In this document: one piece after another, positions 9,172 to 19,044 of the stretch
Layout of the letters: every line of letters begins with the position of its first letter
Numbering within the stretch: position 1 is the stretch's first letter
DNA from: Candidatus Latescibacterota bacterium
Lineage (GTDB): Bacteria > Latescibacterota > UBA2968 > UBA8231
Reading direction: 5' to 3'
DNA length: 64,000 bases
NCBI GenBank assembly: GCA_965242865.1
Contig: CBDETK010000013.1
Location: forward strand, 3,200,001 to 3,264,000
Position numbers and translations under genes: made by a program
Notes under the pieces: generated by a model
Told to the model about the DNA's origin: nothing
Database searches by the model: none
Seen by the model: the letters and a program-made list of their open reading frames with translations, nothing else

Positions 9172-11643
9172 CTACTCGCTCTGCAAGCCTTTGGTGATCG
9201 GCTCTCGCATCAGGGCCACTGTGTGCAACAACACTCCCGCACCGGCTGTGGCTGCCGCGGCCAAACTGCCCAGCGCGAGGAACAGCCAGTCGTCGTCTGT
9301 CCGCTGTGCGAACTGGTTCAGCCACTCTTCGACGCCGAGGTACGCCACGGGGCCGATCAGCAGGCATCCTGCCAGCACCAGCCACAGCAGCCGCCGTGCC
9401 AACAGACCCGCCACATGCCGACTCTCGGCGCCCAACGTGCGCATGAAGGCGATATTGCGCCGCTGATGAGACACCGTAATCGCCGTCAGGCCGTAGGCGC
9501 CCAGCGCGGCAATGAGCACGGCCAAGAAAGCTGACCCGCCGACGACCCATAGCCAGATCCGGTCCTCTCGGTAGTACGCGGCCAAGAAGTCTTCGAGCCT
9601 TGACAGATGCAGCATTTCGTCGGGGGCTATCGCTTTCCACGTGCGCTCGATGTGCTCCAAGGCCGCGTTGCCGGCCTTGGGGTCGAGGCGGATGAAGAAC
9701 AAGGCATGATCTGTTACGTTGGAGTCGAGTAAGAGCACTCCCGGTTCGACACTGCTTTTCAACGAATAGAAGCGATAGTCGCTCAACATCCCTACGACGC
9801 GCCCATTGGGCACGCGACGACCTAAGCGTTTCGTAAACTGCACGACTTGGCCGATGGGCTGATCCCAACCGGCTCGGGCGACAAAGGTCTCATTGACCAG
9901 AATGCCCGCTTGGTCCGGTCCCAAGTCTGCGCCCTGTACGAGTTGGAGGCCGAGCGTCTCGACAAAGCTCGAGTCCACTCGTAGGCACTCCGCCCGAATC
10001 TTGCGATCTTCACCGGGCAATATCGTCTCTTGCAGCCACGGCGTTCCCTTCTCTAGGAAATGATCCTTACTCATAGCCACCGACTTGATTCCACTATGGG
10101 CGAGCAGCCCCTCCTTGAGCCGATGTCGGAACGTCCTGTCAATGGCCTCCCGTAACGCATTCGTGTTGAGTACCAGCACATCATCAGGGACTAAGCCCAG
10201 ATCGAATGCCTGCAGGTGGTGTAGTTGCCGAACCATCACCAAGCTCGTACCCGCCAGCCCAGCACAGGCGGCGAACTGCATCACCACTAACGCACCGCCT
10301 AGTGCAGACCGACTGCTGAGTAGGCTGGTGCGACCCACCGCCTCGCTTGGGTTGATCCGGGCGAGGATTAGGCCGGGATAGGCGGCGGCCAAAAGGCTGG
10401 TGAGTACCAGCAGGACCAGTCCGCTAACGATAAAGGGGGGAGCAAGGTAGTCGAGACGCAGGTCTTGACCCAACACCGCATTGAACGCGGGCAACAGTGC
10501 CTCGCCGAGAACCAAGCCAATTACTAGCGACACGCCACACACCACCACCGTCTCGACCCAGAATTGCACCGGCAGTTGACCACGGGTCGCCCCCAAGACG
10601 ACGCGCACCCCAACTTCTAGCCCGCGCGTACTCGCCCGCGCCGTGGCGAGGTTGACGTAGTTGACCACGGCGACAGCCAGCAGCAGCACGGCAATGGCCA
10701 AGACGATATAGGTGGCCAGCGGGTCACGCGGCGGGGCGATGCCGTCGTATCCGTTCCCCTGCGTCACATCGGTGTCCGTGTGTAGAGCCGACAGGGGTTG
10801 CAACGCCACGCTAAGCTCCGCCTTGAGAGGGGCCAGCTTTTTGCTGTAATCGGATGAGTTCTCAATATACAACTGCCGCATCAACGCTTTGGCCTGCTTC
10901 AGATCGTCCCCGTTGGCGTCCTGCCGTAGTTGGACGAATAGGACGCTTCCCCGGTCCCAGAAGTCATCAATCCAGCGCCACAGGCGCTCGGAGTTGTGAA
11001 AGGGCAACAGGATATTCAACTGAATCGACGAGTTCGCCGGCGGCGGGGCGACCACGGCTTGGATGGTGTATTCCTTGCGCTCGGATTGGGGCCACCCCAC
11101 ATCGATCCGTATTACCTGCCCCACCGCCGGCTCGTCGCCGAAGTAGCGGCGGGCGAACTCGCGGCTGACCACGACGCCATCTTTTGCCTGCAGAGCCGTC
11201 CGCGAATCGCCCGCGTCGAGGGGGAAAGAGAACACCTCAAAGAAATTCTCATCGACCAGTAAAAACGGCTCGTCGTTCCATCTATCGCCTATCCGCACAC
11301 GGATGCGCCGACCTTCCAACGACGGTCTGTGACCAGAAGCCAACCGGACCGTTTCTTCAACTTGGGGCACGGCGTTCTGAATAGCCTCGGCCATGGCGAC
11401 CGGGGTGTGATCCCCGAACTTCGCACGGTCATAGCCCGGGATTGTAATATCGAACACCACTCGATATAAGTGCGCCCCGTTCTCGTGGAAGCTATCGTAG
11501 TTCCACTCGTGCGATACCAGCGCGTGAGCTAAGACGCAGAAGCCAAACGCCAGTGATAGACTGCACACTTCAATGAAGCTCAGCAGCTTGTGCCGTCGCA
11601 GAACGCGCACGGCGACCTGTAAGTAATTACCGATCATGTTCAT
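9172..11643 (-). CDS. MacB/FtsX-type ABC transporter permease (two-repeat form, no ATPase domain)
   Basis: MIGNYLQVAVRVL start, YDSFH, NYVNLATARASTRGLEVGVRVVLGA, EWLNQFAQR; RBS before ATG 11643. Confidence 0.9.
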   Translation of the reverse strand: MNMIGNYLQVAVRVLRRHKLLSFIEVCSLSLAFGFCVLAHALVSHEWNYDSFHENGAHLYRVVFDITIPGYDRAKFGDHTPVAMAEAIQNAVPQVEETVRLASGHRPSLEGRRIRVRIGDRWNDEPFLLVDENFFEVFSFPLDAGDSRTALQAKDGVVVSREFARRYFGDEPAVGQVIRIDVGWPQSERKEYTIQAVVAPPPANSSIQLNILLPFHNSERLWRWIDDFWDRGSVLFVQLRQDANGDDLKQAKALMRQLYIENSSDYSKKLAPLKAELSVALQPLSALHTDTDVTQGNGYDGIAPPRDPLATYIVLAIAVLLLAVAVVNYVNLATARASTRGLEVGVRVVLGATRGQLPVQFWVETVVVCGVSLVIGLVLGEALLPAFNAVLGQDLRLDYLAPPFIVSGLVLLVLTSLLAAAYPGLILARINPSEAVGRTSLLSSRSALGGALVVMQFAACAGLAGTSLVMVRQLHHLQAFDLGLVPDDVLVLNTNALREAIDRTFRHRLKEGLLAHSGIKSVAMSKDHFLEKGTPWLQETILPGEDRKIRAECLRVDSSFVETLGLQLVQGADLGPDQAGILVNETFVARAGWDQPIGQVVQFTKRLGRRVPNGRVVGMLSDYRFYSLKSSVEPGVLLLDSNVTDHALFFIRLDPKAGNAALEHIERTWKAIAPDEMLHLSRLEDFLAAYYREDRIWLWVVGGSAFLAVLIAALGAYGLTAITVSHQRRNIAFMRTLGAESRHVAGLLARRLLWLVLAGCLLIGPVAYLGVEEWLNQFAQRTDDDWLFLALGSLAAAATAGAGVLLHTVALMREPITKGLQSE

Positions 11644-11784
11644 GGTTCCTGCTCCTGTCGTGTATCTACTTTCCTTATTAGCATCAAGGTATTCATGCCA
11701 AGGAGACGAAGGGCTTAGTGGGTTGGATATGTGAAGCATGTTCCTTTCGGCCTTCGTTTGTCATGGCCTTCTACCCAAAAGAAA

Positions 11785-11904
11785 AGCAAAATGTATGCCA
11801 TACTATCTAACTTTTTGAAAGACAACAAGATGTGTCGAATTGTCCTCCTGAGCACTCCATTGGCAGTGTCCGCTGGTGATACAGGGGTGTCCGCTGGTGA
11901 TACA
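11785..11904 (-). promoter_or_regulatory. sigma54 promoter with IHF-like site and tandem enhancer
   Basis: TGGCATACATTTTGCT (-24/-12) at 11785-11800; TTTCAAAAAGTTA; TGTCCGCTGGTGATACA at 11867-11883 and 11888-11904. Confidence 0.85.
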
Positions 11905-11938
11905 CTCGCGGTGCAACCAGCACTCCCGTCGGCTTCTA

Positions 11939-12100
11939 TCATTTGCTCTGCAAGCCTTTGGTGATCGGCTCGCGCATCAGGGCCACTGTGTGCAACAACA
12001 CTCCCGCACCGGCTGTGGCTGCCACGGCCAAACTGTCCAGCACGAGGAACAGCCAGCCCTCGTCGATCCGCTGCGAGAAATAGATCAGCCACTCTTCGAC
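11939..12100 (-). pseudogene. 3'-end remnant of a third MacB-type permease
   Basis: Near copy of ~9180-9333, ending ...REPITKGLQSK*; cut at 12100. Confidence 0.8.
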
Positions 12101-12192
12101 AGTACGCGACCCTTACTTTGAGTCCGTCTTTTCTGCTGTTGCCGCTACGTCCGGGATCGAGGGCAAGAGGCTCGCGATTCTTGGAAGGCTGG
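12101..12192 (-). repeat. Inverted, diverged copy of the 8140-8231 element
   Basis: AGTACGCGACCCTTACTTTGAGTCCGTCTTTTCTG...CCGGGATCGAGGGC; begins at the permease-remnant breakpoint. Confidence 0.7.
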
Positions 12193-12281
12193 AAGGCTGG
12201 GAGGGGAGTTGGTGTAGTAAGCAGCATACTAAAAACGAAATACGCTGAATTACGGCGTGGCTGGCCTAGCATTACTATCCG

Positions 12282-13592
12282 CTAGCGTACAATGGGAGAG
12301 GCCCCTAGAATCCCGGCCCATCCTTCGTCCTGTAACTCTACAGCGTGTTCCATGCCTTGGATTATATTGTCCTCAATGGAGCAATACGTCCAAGCCCCAT
12401 AACGACCGATGCTGCTGATGCCAAAGTGCCCCAACTCGCTCCTCTGTCTAGCGGCTTCTCGTTGCGCCAAAGGAGTTATGTGGACGTACGCCGGTGCCAT
12501 GATCACCGAATGCCAGTCCACCAATTTGTGCCCTCGGATTATGCCGCATCCCTCCAATTCAACTAGCACCCGGTCTAGCGTCCTTCTCACTACTGACTCA
12601 TCAACGCGGGCTGCCATAGGCAGTCCTACTTCCACGTAGAGGCTCATCTCGTCGGAGGCGAAAAGGTTGTCGTAGAAACCAACCCGATAGAAGGAAAGAT
12701 CGACTTGCGGGAAATACACCCAATGAACGCCCTCCCAGCTCTTGCGGTCGAAGCCTAAGTTGAAAACTAGCACCTTGCTACAGGTATAAGCATCTGGACC
12801 GTAGTCCCAATCGCATACATCGAGGAACCGAGGTAGTGGAATCGTGTTGACCAACCTGTCGTAGGCCCACGTTCTCTTATTGGTCACTACGGTTTTCTTG
12901 GATATATCGACCGCTAAAACCTGTTCGTTGACGCAGATATTTTCGGCGGGGATATCCTGCGCTAGGGCTTTCACATACTCAAAAGCCCCACCTGCTGGGT
13001 AGGCGAACTCAGCATTGTAACTGGTGTCCTCGCCATGGCCCCGGAAATTCTGGACGATCTCTTCCACCCTGACATGTGGAAAGAATCTCCCCAGCGCCTC
13101 GGGGGCCAAGCGGTCTAGATCCACCGAATAAACCTTCTCGTTGTACGGGATTAGGAACTTTTCCGCAATCGAGTGTCCGTAATGGGCGATGAGCATGTCC
13201 TTGAAGGTGTGTACAACGCGATTTTCGCGAAACAACAGATCGTATAGACACGCTAGGAAATCCGCTTTTTTAAGCTGGTGTATATTCTGTTGGAACGGAT
13301 AATCCACCAATTGACCGTCGTAATATATATAGCACCGCTTGGCCCCTTTGTAGATGCGTTGCGGCTCCATGCGCGAAAAGAGGTATTGCTCAATTTCCTG
13401 CCTCTGAAAATGAAAAAAGTGGCCGGAGTAGTCCCAAGTATAGCCATTGCGCCTAATCGTTTTGCAGTATCCCCCTATTTCCGGCTCCCTCTCGATAATT
13501 GCGTACGCATCATCGGGAAGCCAATTCGCCACCGCTAGTCCAGTAATGCCGCCGCCAATTATCACATATTCTCTTTCCTCTGTATCGCGCAT
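12282..13592 (-). CDS. FAD-dependent oxidoreductase (protoporphyrinogen/amine oxidase, UDP-galactopyranose mutase-like superfamily)
   Basis: IIGGGITGL, GGYCKT, WDYSGHFFH, GRYGAWTY. Confidence 0.8.
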   Translation of the reverse strand: MRDTEEREYVIIGGGITGLAVANWLPDDAYAIIEREPEIGGYCKTIRRNGYTWDYSGHFFHFQRQEIEQYLFSRMEPQRIYKGAKRCYIYYDGQLVDYPFQQNIHQLKKADFLACLYDLLFRENRVVHTFKDMLIAHYGHSIAEKFLIPYNEKVYSVDLDRLAPEALGRFFPHVRVEEIVQNFRGHGEDTSYNAEFAYPAGGAFEYVKALAQDIPAENICVNEQVLAVDISKKTVVTNKRTWAYDRLVNTIPLPRFLDVCDWDYGPDAYTCSKVLVFNLGFDRKSWEGVHWVYFPQVDLSFYRVGFYDNLFASDEMSLYVEVGLPMAARVDESVVRRTLDRVLVELEGCGIIRGHKLVDWHSVIMAPAYVHITPLAQREAARQRSELGHFGISSIGRYGAWTYCSIEDNIIQGMEHAVELQDEGWAGILGASPIVR

Positions 13593-13607
13593 AACAGTAT
13601 CTCCGTA

Positions 13608-14420
13608 CTAAAAGGAGGCGTCCCGGACCACCGAGGCGATTCGACGAATGGCGACGTTCTGACGCGGACCGGTCCTTGCTACTGGGCGGTTCCAGTACGG
13701 CGGACAGGAGAGACGCCATTGATCTCCAGCGCGGCCTTTATCGCGCCCAGTATAGACGTAAGCTACTGAGGCGAGAACCTCGTCCGCGTTATTCCCACCG
13801 TGTTTTTCCAACTCTTGGAGTAACTGAGATTTCACTCTGTGCCCCAGCATGTCTATTTCGGATTCGGTCTCTATCTCTTTGGCTAAATCCACTGTCTGTT
13901 GCCATGCACATCCTTGGCGGATCATCCCGACTATCTTGCGTTTGCGGTCCAAGGTCTTGAGATACTGGCCTATGGAATCAACCGGATCTATCACCCAGAC
14001 CATCTTGACGAGCGGGCTTTCCTCGGCGAGCCAGATCCCCATATTCGCCCCCAGTCTGCAACCGACTATGGTCAAGCGCGAGGTATCAATATGGCCGCAG
14101 TCCCGCAGCAGGAAATTGAGGCCAACCTGATAATCCCGGCGCAGCTCATTGAGATTTGAAGACGCTATTTCGCCGCCTGTATTCCCGTGTCCCTGCGGTT
14201 CTACTCGGACGACGGACATCCCCAACTGCGCCATGGCCCGGCACAAATCAACCGACCAAGTGTAGCTGGCATAGAATTCGGTCAGCAAGGGATGCAGGTA
14301 GAGTACCGGCCGGCTCTGGCCATGGAGAGTACTTTTGGGCTGGTAGTGCGCGTAGTACAACCGCCCATCGAGTACGCCGTGCATCTCTCGACATTTCTCG
14401 CCCAACTCAACCGGCTGCAT
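13608..14420 (-). CDS. alpha/beta hydrolase-fold protein resembling exosortase A-associated hydrolase 2
   Basis: GHGNTGG and atypical elbow VGCRLGA; GGAGG RBS before ATG 14420. Confidence 0.65.
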   Translation of the reverse strand: MQPVELGEKCREMHGVLDGRLYYAHYQPKSTLHGQSRPVLYLHPLLTEFYASYTWSVDLCRAMAQLGMSVVRVEPQGHGNTGGEIASSNLNELRRDYQVGLNFLLRDCGHIDTSRLTIVGCRLGANMGIWLAEESPLVKMVWVIDPVDSIGQYLKTLDRKRKIVGMIRQGCAWQQTVDLAKEIETESEIDMLGHRVKSQLLQELEKHGGNNADEVLASVAYVYTGRDKGRAGDQWRLSCPPYWNRPVARTGPRQNVAIRRIASVVRDASF

Positions 14421-15543
14421 TGCAAGCCTCCCAGTACACTTCCTTGTATCTCTCGCACATTGCATTGAAGTTCCAACGGGCGACCCCTTTGCGTGCTCGC
14501 TCTCCCATCTGTTTGAGCTGTCCGCGGTCATTGAGTAAGTGAACGACTGCCGCCGCTCCTCCTTCGGTATCGCCCCGCCCAATCAGAACGCCAGCCTTTG
14601 TCTCTTCGATGATCTCGATGCAGCCATCGACGCGAGTACATACTACGGGGACGCCCGCCGCCATGGCTTCCAAGACCACAAGGCCCAATCCCTCGTGTGC
14701 CGACATCAGTACAAACACATCCATCGCCGCCATGATAGCGGGCACATCGCGCCGCCAACCTAGTAGGCGGATGCTTTCTTCCAAGCCGTCGCGGTCTATT
14801 TGGCGTTGAATTTCCTGTCGCAACTCTCCGTCGCCGACCACTACTGCCGTCATATTGGGGATCGCATTCCGCACCTGCTTACACACTTCCACAAAATCCC
14901 CGACCCGTTTGCCGGGCTTCATACAACTCACAGTACCGATCACGACACCGTCGCCCCGCAGACCAAGCGCGGCTCTGGCCTGACTACGAGTCGGTAGCTT
15001 GGCGAACTGGAGAGCGTCGAATCCCCCGGAAATCACCCTCACCCTTCCATCCGGTGCGAGACCGTGCTCCATGCAGGTCTTTTTTAACCTTTCCGAAACC
15101 ACGACTTGGACCGCCGACAGCTTGGCGGCCAACCGCTCGCAGGTCAGATAGACCTTTTCGACCGGACTCATCGCCGAGACGTCGCAACCTATACCGTGGA
15201 CCGTATGGATGCACGGAATGTGTAGCAATCGCGCCGCCACCCGGCCGATCAACCCAGCCTTTGGCGTATGGGTGTGGACAATGTCCGGTTTGAACCGACT
15301 GAGCAGGCTCATTATCCGAACCAACGCTCGGAGATCTTTGAAAGGTGTTATTTCCCGGCGGAGCGTCGCTACCGTGATTACTTCTACCCCTCGTGCTCCC
15401 CGGAGATCTTGCAGCAGCAGTCCGCGCTCATTGGTTATGACGCAGACTTGCCAATTGGACTGCGCCAACCGGCTGGCCAACTCAATGACTATACGCTGCG
15501 CCCCGCCAAGCTGTAGTTCGGTTATTATCAACGCTATTTTCAC
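14407..15543 (-). CDS. Glycosyltransferase family 4
   Basis: GGAQR, DIVHTHTPKAG, EGLGLVVLEAMAAGVPVV. Confidence 0.92.
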   Translation of the reverse strand: MKIALIITELQLGGAQRIVIELASRLAQSNWQVCVITNERGLLLQDLRGARGVEVITVATLRREITPFKDLRALVRIMSLLSRFKPDIVHTHTPKAGLIGRVAARLLHIPCIHTVHGIGCDVSAMSPVEKVYLTCERLAAKLSAVQVVVSERLKKTCMEHGLAPDGRVRVISGGFDALQFAKLPTRSQARAALGLRGDGVVIGTVSCMKPGKRVGDFVEVCKQVRNAIPNMTAVVVGDGELRQEIQRQIDRDGLEESIRLLGWRRDVPAIMAAMDVFVLMSAHEGLGLVVLEAMAAGVPVVCTRVDGCIEIIEETKAGVLIGRGDTEGGAAAVVHLLNDRGQLKQMGERARKGVARWNFNAMCERYKEVYWEACNAAG

Positions 15544-15564
15544 GATTTCTCTCCTCGCACTGGC

Positions 15565-16569
15565 CTAGCTATGGGGACGGGGCAACTTGGCTAGTCGGTC
15601 GCCTAGGACAACCATCAACCCCACCAAGCTGCCAACGCATATCCACGTGTAGCTTTGGGCTTGGCCAAAGACGAGTACGGCCAAGATGCCCAGCAGACCT
15701 GTACTTACGACAGCGGCCAACACCAATTGAACGCCGGTAAGGCCGACGGCCCCCAACCGATGCGCCAGATGGTCGCGGCTCCCCTGTAGGATCGGTATTC
15801 CGCGACGCCACCTGCACAGCGAAACGAGCAGCACATCTAGGACGGGCACGGCCAAGACGAGACCGGCTGCCGCCCAGTCTTCTATGCGCTTAGTCCCCAC
15901 GCCCAACTTGATGCACAGGACGCCCAGCAGGAAACCGAGTAAAAGGCTCCCGCCATCCCCCAAAAACATTCGAGCCCGAGGAAAGTTGAAAAACAGAAAC
16001 GCAACCGTGGCACCGACGATCGCGATGCTAGTCAGCGCAACGGGTGCGTCGCCCGCATAAAACCCGAGCACAGCGATAACCGCGGCAGCGGTGGCGGCAA
16101 CCGCGGCGGCTAGACCATTGGCTACGTCGAGGATATTAAACGCATTGGTCAACAGCACGAGCCATGCTGAGGCGGCCACCACCCACAACCAGTCAGCGCC
16201 GATCAACGCATAGGCCACCAGCGGGCAGACGAGGAGTTGGACTGACAACTTGAACCGAGCCGACAGTCCGATCTTGTCGTCGATAGTCCCCAGCACCAGC
16301 AAGACTAAGGCCCCAACCGCAACTCCTTGGCCCAACAGGTCAACGGGATGCTGACCAATGAACGCCAAGGCCAAGACGCTGGCCAAGCACAAGGCTAGCC
16401 CTCCCAGATACGCGACGGGTTCGGCGTGCCGCTTGAGTTTGCCATTGGGCTGGTCAACTATGCCTAGCGTTCGGGCCACAAAAATCGCCACCGGCGACAA
16501 GGCCACGCCCAAGGAAAACGAAACGGCTGTCAGCATTAGTAAGGGCCAAGTGTCCCCGTCAAGTTCCAT
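15565..16569 (-). CDS. MraY/WecA-family polyprenyl-phosphate HexNAc-1-phosphate transferase
   Basis: Polytopic membrane protein; GTIDD, NAFNILD, FLGDGGS, DHLAHRL. Confidence 0.88.
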   Translation of the reverse strand: MELDGDTWPLLMLTAVSFSLGVALSPVAIFVARTLGIVDQPNGKLKRHAEPVAYLGGLALCLASVLALAFIGQHPVDLLGQGVAVGALVLLVLGTIDDKIGLSARFKLSVQLLVCPLVAYALIGADWLWVVAASAWLVLLTNAFNILDVANGLAAAVAATAAAVIAVLGFYAGDAPVALTSIAIVGATVAFLFFNFPRARMFLGDGGSLLLGFLLGVLCIKLGVGTKRIEDWAAAGLVLAVPVLDVLLVSLCRWRRGIPILQGSRDHLAHRLGAVGLTGVQLVLAAVVSTGLLGILAVLVFGQAQSYTWICVGSLVGLMVVLGDRLAKLPRPHS

Positions 16570-16603
16570 TGTAGCACCTCTTTTCCCGACCCCCGACGAT
16601 CAG

Positions 16604-17182
16604 CTAACGGAAGTCGATATATCCCACGCCGATATAGTAGATTAAGGCCGCGGTTTCATACGCGAGTTGCCAAGCTAACTTGAACGGGTTTTCTGTAGAA
16701 TTGCCAAAACCAAGTACTGGGGCTAATCGCCACGATGCCTGTTGCACCGCAATCCCCTTCGATGAAAAGGTCGCCGCCGTGCGCAACAGATGCAGTGGGT
16801 ACGTGACGAGGATCGCCTCTTGCCAGTCTTGGTTGCGGAAAACTCGCTCTATGGTTCTGGCCTCGCCGTACGTCCCGCCCGGGTGCGAAGCCGAGACCGA
16901 AACCGTGCTGTTGGGGGGTATGCCCGCCGCCGCCGCCGCCCGCAATGGGGCGAACACCACTACTTTGGGAGCCATCCCCTGCTCGTAAAGTTCGGCGGCG
17001 CAATCCAACGCCCGAGCGACCTCTCTGCTCGGTCCACTCGGCACAACTATAGCGTCGGCTCGACCGCCGATGTGCGGTACGTAAAAGGCGCGATGCACAA
17101 TCCAAGCGGCGAGTGCCAGCATAATGCCCAAGCTGACCGCCAATAAGCCCACAGCCGCTTTTGTAGAGTAATTGTATCCCAT
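16604..17182 (-). CDS. YdcF/DUF218 (ElyC/SanA-like) protein
   Basis: N-terminal TM; ADAIVV, TYGEA, ILVTYPLHLLR, YETAALIYY. Confidence 0.7.
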   Translation of the reverse strand: MGYNYSTKAAVGLLAVSLGIMLALAAWIVHRAFYVPHIGGRADAIVVPSGPSREVARALDCAAELYEQGMAPKVVVFAPLRAAAAAGIPPNSTVSVSASHPGGTYGEARTIERVFRNQDWQEAILVTYPLHLLRTAATFSSKGIAVQQASWRLAPVLGFGNSTENPFKLAWQLAYETAALIYYIGVGYIDFR

Positions 17183-17212
17183 CGCGGATATCCTCCTCTT
17201 CTATCCACTTTC

Positions 17213-18019
17213 TTACTTCAGCTTTCTGACGGCCCGTACCAACTGCGGGCAACTCCCTGCCAGTTTTTCGGACAACCGCATACGACGCACCCAAGCCGAC
17301 GACACCCAATTGTGCCGCCGGTCCCCTCGGCCTCCCAACTTCGCAACCACGCCTTGAGAATCGTCGTGGTCGTATAGCTCTCGCCGCTTGAGGAAATACG
17401 GATCCGACCGATGCGTATTGGTCCCCGCGACCGTGCTGCATGCTCCAGCATAACCGCACTCGATCACTACGCGCCGTACGCGGGCTGTTGCCAGCCCTCG
17501 CGGGTATGCGAAATACCGCACCGCTTTGCCGAGTCGATCCTCAATCCTGCGCTTTGAATCGCTTACTTCGCGGTAAATCCCGTCGAGGCTGAGCCGGGTA
17601 AGCATGGCGTGGGTCGCGCTGTGCGAACCAATTTCGACTCCCGCTGCGGACAGGGCCGCAATGTCTCGCCATCCGAGTAACTCCCTTCCTTCCAGCCGGC
17701 ACCCGACGAGATCGCTGACCACAAAGACGGTTGCTTTGAATCCGAAACGCTCCAACAGGGGCATGGCCTCGGTCAACACGCTCGCATAGCCATCGTCGAA
17801 AGTGATGGCAATTTCCCGATCAACCGAGTGGTTCCCCCAGCCGTAAAGCCTCTTCACCGACCTCTCAAGCGCAGTGGTGACATAGCCTAAGTTGCGAATG
17901 GCCTCAAGGTGCTCTGCGAACCTCCTCGGGGACACGCTCAACGGACCGTCCCCGGCCTCTATCGCATGGTAGGTCAGGATGGGGAGGGCACTGCGTCTTT
18001 GCGTTTTTTCTTTAGACAT
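17213..18019 (-). CDS. Polysaccharide deacetylase (CE4, IcaB/PgaB-like)
   Basis: PILTYH, ITFDDGY, EIGSHSATH, FAYPRG. Confidence 0.9.
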   Translation of the reverse strand: MSKEKTQRRSALPILTYHAIEAGDGPLSVSPRRFAEHLEAIRNLGYVTTALERSVKRLYGWGNHSVDREIAITFDDGYASVLTEAMPLLERFGFKATVFVVSDLVGCRLEGRELLGWRDIAALSAAGVEIGSHSATHAMLTRLSLDGIYREVSDSKRRIEDRLGKAVRYFAYPRGLATARVRRVVIECGYAGACSTVAGTNTHRSDPYFLKRRELYDHDDSQGVVAKLGGRGDRRHNWVSSAWVRRMRLSEKLAGSCPQLVRAVRKLK

Positions 18020-18854
18020 AGCAATGCTCCGGTTGTGCTCGTCTGACCACCGGGCTGGGCGCAGAAAGCCAATCCACCGTCATCTGGACGACTTCCTTTA
18101 CTTTATCGTGCGAACGGTAGGAGTGGTCGCTATCCTCGACCGTTCTCGCCTCGAATGATATGCCGCCGATACTGCGGCACAACGCCTCATAGTCGCGGGC
18201 GCAGTCGCGGCTAGAGGGGTCGCCAGAGGGATAGATGCCGAGTGCGTGGACGGTTGCGCGGAAGCGGTCTTTGGGCACGAGGTTTTCGATGGGTATATGG
18301 TCAAGACTTTCTTCTTCAGAGGCGTCCACCCCTCTCGGACGGGCGAATTGGTTCTTGGCCTCGGCGTATAAACCCCAGAACTCCACGACCGCGGCTTTCA
18401 GGTATTTGGCGGACCGGCGGATGTCCATGGAGCGCTTATCGGCTAGTTCGGTGGGACTCCACATCACTAACCTTTGCCAGTTCACCGCCGCCTTTGCGAG
18501 ACAATAGAGCACCACCCAAGCACCAAAGCATTGGGCCACGCACGAGACCGCCTCAATGTCCGCTTCGCTTTCCAAGAAGCGTACGCTCTGGACGCAATCG
18601 CCCACTGGAGTGAATTGGCTGCCGGCTTCGCTGTTGCCCCGTCCGCCAAAATCGAACCGGAGACAGTGGAAGCCGGCATCTGCCAGTTGGCGTGCGCCGT
18701 ACACGTACATGCTATGGTCTCCGAACAGATGATCGGGTTCGCCGGGGACGAATAGTACGCCGTGCCGCAGGTCATGCCTAGGGCTAGGCTGATGCAGTAC
18801 GCCAAGGAGTTGGCTGTTTTCTCCTCGATAGACAACGGGTCGCTCGTTGGTCAT
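18012..18854 (-). CDS. alpha/beta hydrolase-fold protein resembling exosortase A-associated hydrolase 1
   Basis: LLGVLHQP, CLRFDFGGRGNSE, Cys elbow AQCFGA, C-terminal DSDHSY. Confidence 0.7.
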   Translation of the reverse strand: MTNERPVVYRGENSQLLGVLHQPSPRHDLRHGVLFVPGEPDHLFGDHSMYVYGARQLADAGFHCLRFDFGGRGNSEAGSQFTPVGDCVQSVRFLESEADIEAVSCVAQCFGAWVVLYCLAKAAVNWQRLVMWSPTELADKRSMDIRRSAKYLKAAVVEFWGLYAEAKNQFARPRGVDASEEESLDHIPIENLVPKDRFRATVHALGIYPSGDPSSRDCARDYEALCRSIGGISFEARTVEDSDHSYRSHDKVKEVVQMTVDWLSAPSPVVRRAQPEHCYV

Positions 18855-19044
18855 GGGTTGCCCCTTTGCTGAGAACGATTATCGATCATTCTCATGGTGC
18901 TTGTTCCTTCCTACCTTGCATTTGCTTGTCGTCTGGTATCGCTTTTACTATGCCAAGGAGACGAGGGGCTTCGTTGGCTTGAGAGAGCCTAGCAATACGG
19001 CTACGGATAAGTGGACCTATCCTAGGTTCACCTATGGGACACTG

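Noticed and set aside
11867-11904. 17-bp repeat pairs read as CRISPR repeats or transposon ends
   Set aside because: The 4-bp spacer is constant, there are no cas genes, and the fixed distance to sigma54 boxes fits enhancers
18941-18955. Extra GG-N10-GC box (TGGCATAGTAAAAGC) after the peptide gene, also at 22068-22082
   Set aside because: Poor -12 element, and the spacing is not kept in the third unit near 11690
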